DNA of 55,689 bases, filler included, from Catajapyx aquilonaris (Eukaryota): NCBI GenBank assembly GCA_000934665.2. It is 3 parts of 3 records of this genome, joined end to end, with 100 filler letters (N's around TTAATTAATTAA, not from the genome) between each part and the next. Parts side by side here need not be neighbours in the genome. Positions count along the whole stretch, not along the records: positions 37,244 to 55,689 come from JYFJ02006694.1; 2 more parts are not named here. The stretch is one strand, 5' to 3'. The notes below the pieces were generated by a model. It had not been told where the DNA came from. It ran no database searches and saw nothing but the letters and a program-made list of their open reading frames with translations. The position numbers were made by a program, and so were the translations under genes. Positions 47,314 to 55,689 of this stretch are shown here, one piece after another. How positions within the stretch are numbered: position 1 is the stretch's first letter; every line of letters begins with the position of its first letter.

Positions 47314-50300
47314 ATGTTCAGTAAGCTGAAGAAGAAGATTGAGACTGAGATTGGGGATGACCTGGCCAAGCTGACCGCCACCCTGAGCGGCCCGTCTCTG
47401 TCTGAAAGGAAGTCCTCCCTCAGCTCCCTTCGCTCCAACCCGCCTTCCCTGCACGCATCCATCACCAGCCTGCCTGATGCCTCTGCCTTCACTGCGGCCA
47501 GAAGTCCTACTCAGTCCATCTCGGAGGAGGCAGCCAACGGGAGCGAGGTGGAGGATGGGGCTGCCGCTGCTGCTGCACGGAAGCAGGTCAGGCGGGTCAC
47601 GCCCACCTCTGGAAATGAGGACTTGTTGAGGCAGATCAGAAAGTTGGAGCAGAGTCTGGAGAGGCAGCAGGACACCACTGCACGCAGGTTAGCTTGAATT
47701 GCAGGATATGCCCTTTTGCTGTCTGTCGCTCCTTATATCATGTCTAACAACATGAGAGTTGGCCATGACATGTGTCAGGTGACTGAAAATGGGGATTATT
47801 ATAAACCTGATACACTCATTTTTAAATTAACATGGTTTAAGAAATACCTACTTATTGCAATATACAAGTACAGTACATTGCAGTAGTATCCACTTAAGTG
47901 CATTACCTGCTTATTAGCAAAAAAAAAATCAATTTCTGTCAGGGTCGATGAGACAGAGGGCTTGAAGAGTATACAGGTTTGGTGTTTGGGGGAGGTGTGG
48001 TGGCCGAGATGGTAACGTCTCGGCTTGCTGAGTGAAAGGCCCCAGGTTCGATCCCCGCCTGGGGAACTTTCCTTTCACCTGCGTCAGGAGGGTCTCTGAC
48101 CTGCACCAAGGAGGTGTCTGGCAACCTAACCTCCTGGGGAACAGCACATGACCCATTTGTAGACATTGCACTTGCACCTATGTTCCCTCCCCAAAAAAAT
48201 CCCTACCCTTACCCCATGTCCTTTCATCCTTGCACCGGAGTTAGAAGAAAAATAGAAAATTGAAGGAAAAATGGTGGTATTCCACTCCCCTATAAGGGCC
48301 TATGGCCCTATCACGGGGTACATAAAAATAAAATAATAAAAAAAAAGGTTTGGTGTTTGGTGCGCCCATGCCAATAACAGGAGTGTGTGATACTTTGTCG
48401 TGAAATTTTGTGGATAGTACTGTATTTTTAGTTGGCATGCCTTCTTATGTGAAGTACAAAATTGGCACATCTGCTGGTAATGTGCTTCCTACTGGCAGTC
48501 CTTACTCTCTCACTTATTTTAAATGATAAGCAGGCATGTAATACGAAATTTTATGTACGTAATTTGGTCTCTGACTGGAGACTAAAAACACACCAAACAT
48601 GTGTCAAGAAAATAGTTTCTTACTAGTTATAGCAGGAGGTTATAGCGAAGCCTTAGGCCCTGCACTGGACTTATATAATTTTTAAACTGCTCTTGTTAGG
48701 CTGGAACAGAAAGAATCAGATTGGCGGAGAACATTGGAAAGCAAGGAGGCAGAATGGGCCAAGCGAGTAGAAGTGCTTGTCCGTGAAAAGGAAGTACTGG
48801 AAGAGGAGAAGGTGGAGGTTGTGCGACAGAAACTTGCCTTAGAAGAAAATCTGAAACATGCTGAAAGCTACCGTGAGCGACTGGTGCAATTCCAGGAGGA
48901 CATGGACCAGATGGAGGGCTTCCAGGTGAGGCTCAGGGGCTGCAGCATTTAAAACTCCAAATATATGTGGAGGCTATTTAATCTGTGATTTTGTCCAACA
49001 GAGTAGGTCAGTAGGGAATATTATTTTGTACTCAAGTGACATTAAGCTCTGAGAAGAAATGATGAGGAAAAAAACTGCTTCTTTGGAGAGGTTATCTAGT
49101 TGTGTAATTCTCTCTGAATGTAGCATTTCTGAAAATGTAGTTTCTGAGTGGTAATTGTATTTCCAACATCTGATATGGTTCTTATAAATTACAGATCCAG
49201 GAGTCAGCAAAGGTGAAGCATCTTCTCTTGAACAGTCAGGAGGAGCTTACCTCAGCCAAAAAGCAAGTGGTAGAGAAAGAGGCAGAGCTGGCAGCCCTTC
49301 GAGAACGACTGGAAGCAGTCCAGGCAGATGTGGAGCGACTTCGTGAGATGGAGAACCGGATGAATGACCTGCAAGATGAGCACGATGCTTTAGTGCATAC
49401 ACGGGAGCAAGAACGTCAAAGAGCAGCAGCAGAGATGAGGGAGAAGGAAGGGCAGGTGCACCACCTTTCTGAGCGGGTGGCTACTCTTGAGAGAAGGCAG
49501 GAAGAGGTCAAGCTGAGTGGAGATGAAAGGGTTGAGGCCCTCCTACATGAAAGGAATGCCCTAGAGGAGCGCATGGAGGAGGCTAGGCAGCACCTTAATG
49601 AGATCAAGTCATCTTGGAGTGAAAGGATCTCTTCACTGGAGACACAAATTGCACATCTCAACCAGAAGATCGGAGAGGACAGCTCTGAAATGAGACGACA
49701 GGAAGATGAATGCAGACAGCTCAGGTGAGTTTCCAGTGTAACAGGAAGTTTATTAGGCAGCAACAAGAAAATCTGCAAACGTTTCATGAGACATACAGTG
49801 TGTCCCAAGTGTTCAGGTCCTTTTAGTTATATGTTTTGCCTTATGTTGTAAGTAAGGGAGGGATCTCGTGGGTAGTTGTTAACACTTGTTAAATGACCAA
49901 TGTTTGTATTTGTTATTCCCAGGGATGAGGCTGCACAGTGCAGATCGAGGCTGGGTGCTGCGGAAGACAGAGTGAAAGAATATGGAGAGAAATTGAAGCA
50001 GGTGGAATTGGAGAAGCTAGAGATCAGGACACAGATTGAGCATGGACAGGATAGCTTGCGGAAAAGTCTAGAAGCAGAAGTTGAAGCCTTGCAATTGGAG
50101 AGGGATTCTCTACAGAGAAGTTTCAAGGGAGAAGTTGAAGTCCTACAACAGCAGCTAAAGGCCAAAGAAGAAGCAAGCAGTCAGGCAGCAGGGAACATTG
50201 TAAGTCGCAACTGAATAAAATTCTGGGTGTTTATTGCACGTTTTGAAATGTAGTTGTTGATTTCTGCTTTTATTTCCTTCACCTTAACAAGTAGACTCAC

Positions 50301-53261
50301 ACTAACCAGTGCCTCCTAGTAAATAATTGCATGTTCATGGGATTGAAAGCAACTTACATGGAACTAACAGTCTAATGTTAAAGTAGATAATGTGAGATTA
50401 TTGATTGTAACAGCATTATTTTATTTCATGTATCAACATGGTACTTGCATGGTACATGCACCATGCATTCACTTCTGAATTATACAATCTTGACACATTT
50501 TTGTGCTTTTTGTGGCAGGTTTAATTAAATTTTTTAACCATGCTTAACATGATTTATAACAGAATGCAAACAGTGTTTTATAATGGATGTAAAATACAGC
50601 GAGTTTTCATTAACTTTTTCAAGAAAATTGCATTTTAAACTTTCAAACTGCAAGGCAGAAAGTTGTCCTTTTAAAGTGACTCTGCACTCCTTCGGACAAT
50701 TTGGACTCGAAAAATCAGGCAAAAAAATCTTGATTTTGAGAATGGAATATATATTTCTCAAAACTGAACGGTAAACCTTGCAATGGGAGGTAAAAATGAG
50801 TTGGATAGTTGTCATTTGATAGCTAGTGGTGCTGCCATATTTGGAGTAGCAGAGAGGAGATATTATGAAACCTGAATGTAGCAGAGTCTCTCTGGTCTGT
50901 AAATGTTCCTGTTATGTTCCTGTTAAAGTTCCTGTTATATGTGACAAAAATACAGAGTCATGCACCCAAACCAAGCGCAAGTGCCTTCATGGACTGGTAT
51001 CTGCCTATCAAAGGTGCACTATAGACAGGTTTCATTGAATTAAGATTTTCATTGAATTTCACCTGGCAATCCGTGCTCCATGGAGAGACAACACATTGAG
51101 CTCATTTTCTTTCTGGAGTACACATCTAGTTTGTGACTTTTCCAGGGCAGGGCTGGTTCTCTCTTTGCCTGATAAGTATAGTGCAGCAGATGATGCATTT
51201 TTGACATGGATACGTCTTTAAAATCGGATCAGGGGGCATGCAGGCAAACTTGAGCGTTACAGAAAAGCGTTACAGCAGGGTCCTGCCAGGGGGCCCATGG
51301 CGGGGGCATGCAGGCAAACTCGAGCGAGAAAAGCGTTACAGTCTATTATAACAGTCTGCTATAACCTAGTCTATTATAACCAAGTATGCTATAACCTACG
51401 CTTTTCTGTAACACTTTTCTGTAAAGCTCGAGTTTGCTTGCATGCCCCCTGATCCGATTTTAAAGAAGTATCCACACCTGCATGCCCTCGTCGATATAGT
51501 TGAGAAAAGTGAAACATATGTAGGTTGAGCCTGCAAAAGCTGCGGCTTGTGTCCCCGACACAATCTAATGTAATTTTACCGGCTAGGATCTCTCTTGCCC
51601 TGGCCTTACCTTTTAGTCCTAAGACAAACAGCTTTCCCCATCATGAGCTTGATTTTTTTTGCTCGATTTTTAGAGGCCAATATTTCAATGAAGTTTCAAA
51701 TGTGAGAATGTCGTGTCATGAAGTTAACCAGGAGAAATCACTCAGTGCAGTTGATTTATTCCATTTATTGGATTTTCCTAATGAATTTTGACTTACCAAA
51801 AGTTCAAGCGGCTAGAATTTCAAGTGCTGTGGTATATTCGATGCAGTCATGTCTTAGGAATGGGCTCAATTCTTTCAGACCTCCCTCGAAGCAGAACTGT
51901 CATCACAACGGGAAGCAGCTAACTCAGCCACCCTGGAGTGCCAGCGTCTGAAAGAAGAGCTGGAATCCAGCCTGGATAACCTCCGATTGGTTCAAGAAGA
52001 AAAATCTTCTCTCAGTTCCCAGCTACAGTCAAAAGCTGATATGCTCAAATCAGCTGAGGAGAGCCTGAAGAAAGAATCGCAACAGCGCTCTGAACTTGTA
52101 GTGCAACTGGAGCAGGGCCAGTCAACTTTGTCTGCCTGCCAGGCAGATAAGGATGAGCTACACCTTCGTCTAGCTCAGTCCACACAGGAGCTGGAGTTAC
52201 TAAAGCAGCAGCTGCAACAGAGGGATTCAGAATCTCTGGAACAGGATTCCAAATGCAAAGAACTCCAGACCGAGCTTGATAAGATGGCAGAGAGGCTGAA
52301 GGAGGTAGCCGAATCAGCCAGCAGTGAGTTGGACGCAAAAGTTGAAGAAAGCCCTCTGGTAGCATCACTCAGAGCCAATGTTGCACAGCTAGAAGAGCAG
52401 GCAAGTACTGATCTAATTTTAAGTGCGATTGAATTCAGAGTCAACACCCTGTAGTGTACGTTATACATATGTGGGAGGTTATTTTTACATATTGGTTATT
52501 GACTGTTCTGCTTAATCATTGCATGCAGAGGGTGTGTGTGTTTGTGTATCTCTCAGTTGTGAATGCAACTCCATAGTACCAAATGGTCTAATTGAGTTTT
52601 TAAATTACTTACTACCATAGGTCGCAGAAAGGTCCAAGACAGTGAAGATGCAGCAGCAAAGGTTGGCTGACATGAAAAAAACCATGCAGAGGGAGTTGAA
52701 AATTGGATCAACAAGTGGGGTGGAAGGAGGAGGAGGAGGAGGCAGCAGTGGGGTTTTGTCTGTGCCTCCCAACCCTCCCCATCCTCCAGCATCACCGTCA
52801 ACTCCTCTGAACATTGCTCCTCATCAGGCAAACCACTCACTGACCATGGACTCGCAGGATGTCAACTTCCGATACTTGAAGCACGTTGTCCTCAAGTTTC
52901 TCACGAGTCGAGAGTATGAGGTCAGTATGACTGTTGCCACGTGTATCAAGGCACAAGCCCAAATCAAATTGCAACATTATCGCATACAATTTGAAATAAG
53001 CAGGATGTGTCATTTACCTTGACAAGTTAATTTTTTAGCAGGATCTTTTACATTAGACATGTGCAAATTAATTGATCTCACTTCTTGGTACTGGTTTGTT
53101 AGGCTCAACACATGGTGTGTGCTTTGGCAACACTGCTTCATTGCAACAAGGAAGAAGAGCAGATTCTTCGGGAAACATTGGAATACAAGGTGTCTTGGTT
53201 TGGTTCTAGACCTAACTACGGATCACCACCAGATTCAAGATTTGTTCCACCCAGTTATTAG
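47314..53261 (+). CDS. GOLGA1: Golgin-97 (GOLGA1; Drosophila cbs) GRIP-domain golgin, 7 exons, 795 aa
   Basis: Exons 47314-47687, 48700-48925, 49195-49724, 49923-50199, 51879-52400, 52621-52920 and 53103-53261 (2388 nt, phases consistent). N-terminal MFSKLKKKI vesicle-capture motif; KTVKMQQQRLADMKKTMQRELK; GRIP domain VNFRYLKHVVLKFLTSREYEAQHMVCALATLL...LRETLEYKVSWFGSRP. Confidence 0.93.
47990..48345 (+). mobile_element. tRNA-derived SINE in golgin-97 intron 1
   Basis: A box TGGCCGAGATGG, B box GGTTCGATCCC, A-rich tail, 15-bp TSD AGGTTTGGTGTTTGG at 47975-47989 and 48346-48360. Confidence 0.92.
51207..51474. repeat. Inverted repeat (MITE-like) with an internal tandem motif in golgin-97 intron 4
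   Basis: ~70-bp arms TGGATACGTCTTTAAAATCGGATCAGGGGGCATGC / GCATGCCCCCTGATCCGATTTTAAAGAAGTATCCA. Internal partial direct copy and GTCTRYTATAAC repeats. No clear TSD. Confidence 0.7.
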
Positions 53262-55689
53262 AAAATGCGATATCCCTCAAGGGGTGAGGTTTTTTAAAAA
53301 TTTGCGATGCATTTTGCAGTTGTGTATTTAATAATTGCTACTTTTAGCCATTAACTTCAAGTGTGGGGTATTTTGTACTACATTAGAGTTGAATAAGCTG
53401 TCCAGATATGTTGGATTACTTCCTTAAGCTTCAATTATTATTAGCACTTACCAAAGATATGCAAAATCATTATGAAGAGGTAGGTACTGGGCCTGTTTTA
53501 CATTATATCAATGAGTATACACTTTGGGTGAAATTTTCATATTTCCTCATTATGCAGTTGTGTGGCAGTGATGAAAGCACAGTTTGTATAAAGGTGCAGT
53601 GGAAGTTCATGAGATGTTCAGTCATTGGTTCTGGATGATTTGACAATATCATATGATGCTGTGGGAAAAATATTTGTGTATTATAATTATGAAAGTTTCT
53701 GATTGGAAGGCAAAAGTATATCCATGTCAAGTATTCATTTTGTTGGTAGAGCCTGGTGTAATTATTAATAGTGTTACTTGATTGTCTTTATGTTTATGTT
53801 GTGAAAATCTACAATCAACAATTTGAGCAATGGTTACTTTAGGAGGCAGCACTTTTACACCGAGAAATACATTATTTTTCTTAAAATGTGACCTTCCGAG
53901 GCATTGGCTTAATTTTTGTCTGATTCTAACAGATTTCCTGGACTATTGAATGTCCCAAGTATATATTTATTAATGCTGCTTGCAACCCCCACTATCTTTA
54001 CATTAGTGTTAACCTTTATTCTCCTCATTGCATGCAGAATCATGGAGTTATGAAACATGATTAAATGTTGCATATAGAGTAGTTGCTGAACATCTCAAGG
54101 GGAACAGTGGTGAGCATGAGAAGTGAAGGGCAGAATTTTTTCATATGGATGTTTCCCCATTCGCAAAATGCTGGGCGCTTAAGCAATTAAGTTTACTCGT
54201 ATATGATGTAATAAACTGTGCCTGCAAGAAACCCCATGTAAATTAGTGCTTGGACGAGCAAAACTGGACTACTGGAATTGCACTTGTGCCTTTGTATGTG
54301 TCAAAATTTTCATGAGAAAAATGTGTAGTGAACCTAAACACACTCTTAGTAGACTCGAATGAGGTGCATAATGTAATGGGATGCATTAATATATTCTAAC
54401 CTAGTCAGTGCAAACGACTTTTTATCAGTGTAAATGGATGTTTGGACAACGAACAGTTTTTTTTTGAGGATGAACCATTGGCAAGTATGGCACAACTAGA
54501 AGTATGTAGTTTTACCCTGTCTGCAATAGGGTTGGATCCAGATTACAGGATCCAGGTCATACCTAAAACTGGATCAGGATGTACTCTCTCCACTACAACA
54601 AATGCGTCTGAAAAGAATGTGTTGTGTTTTTTGTCTCAATAGAAGAAATGTGAATGGAACTAACATTTTCAGGAGAGAAAGAAAAAACTGTCTGCAATGA
54701 ACGGCGAGGAAAAAATAGAGGTGCTTAGGTTTATTTAAATTACAGCATGAAACTGCCATCATCTGATAGCCCAATCTGGATATAGGCTTGTAGTGGAGAT
54801 GAGGTATTCTGGCAACCTGGTTATCAAATGTTGTAAAATATTGTATATGTCAATTTATTGCACGAAATATCTCGTCGTGAGTTCAAGATGAAATGTCACT
54901 TGTGTTGCATGTTACACTGCTATGGAGAGGATTGCATTTGTCGCTGATGCTAGTGTGCTTGTGGAATGTAAATCCAAGAAACACCAGTCCTGCAACAACT
55001 GACAATATTGCAGAGAATAATTTGAAATGGTCTGTAATAAATTGTTGTCTCATCATTCATATCCTCATCGGGACTGTAAAAATATTCCGTGGCTATCATG
55101 CCTAGTTAACTTGTATCCAACAGTGTTCTGTACATAAGAGTCTTTTCTCAGCCCTTGGATGTTATTTTTGGGATTATGACATACATTCTGTAAATAAATT
55201 TAGAAACATCTTATATTATAAACAGGAGAGTTTCTTGGTATGTTTGACCAGCTACCTGCCTCACTTGTAGATTCTGAAAATCTGAGAGTGCTGAAGCTTG
55301 GCTTCAAGAAGTTCTCTGCGTTCCGGTGGATTTTCTCGGGGTTCTTCTGATTCTGTCTACCAGAGTGATTCAATCCATGCTACCATCGAACTTTATTGGT
55401 GAAAAAATTGCTCGACCTAAAAAAAAGGAGGCTTGGAGCAGTGAGTGTTACATTCCACTACCCCGGTGATTCTAGCACCATGGTGCTGCACGGAAGTGCA
55501 GGGGTACCAACTTCTGCATTTTACGGTTCTCAATTTTTTTTATTTTAAATTAATAATTCCGCGTATTACGCTTGTGAACAGTGTTGGGATCACTTGTAGA
55601 TTTATTTCAAAATTTTAAGAATGATATATCTTCCGCAAAAAATTAAAGTACACATGACATTATGCAACATGGACAAAAAAAATCACAGC

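Noticed and set aside
55470..55505. Twin hairpins (AGCACCATGGTGCT, CTGCACGGAAGTGCAG) as a Helitron end or terminator
   Set aside because: There is no downstream CTRR end at the expected distance, and bacterial terminators do not apply in this context.

Overview
Repeat-rich animal genomic DNA, most likely a non-model arthropod (spliceosomal introns, divergent ionotropic receptors, centrosomin). It is not prokaryotic, and no CRISPR array or rRNA was seen. Two identical 100-bp artificial spacers (44N-TTAATTAATTAA-44N at 18593-18692 and 37144-37243) split the window into three blocks whose true adjacency is unproven. Block 1 (1-18592) holds a decayed CMC/EnSpm-type transposon interrupted by a SINE and a hAT MITE, two ionotropic receptor (IR) fragments, many MITEs, and a complete two-exon divergent IR whose 6.8-kb intron is full of nested elements. 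Block 2 (18693-37143) holds a UHRF1-like ubiquitin-domain pseudo-fragment, hAT, LINE and LRR debris between two long direct repeats, a RASL10-type GTPase with a poly-His insertion, a WS/DGAT acyltransferase exon, and a second divergent IR. Block 3 (37244-55689) holds a 14-exon centrosomin (5' end missing) directly followed by a complete 7-exon golgin-97/cbs gene, each with one GC-AG intron. I cannot show a wholly new biological system from sequence alone. The best leads are the cnn-cbs/golgin-97 linkage, a long-TIR element with a tRNA-like Pol III unit built into its TIR, two SINEs sharing a 3' tail, the animal WS/DGAT, and the His-rich RASL10. All family assignments come from manual motif recognition, not database searches.
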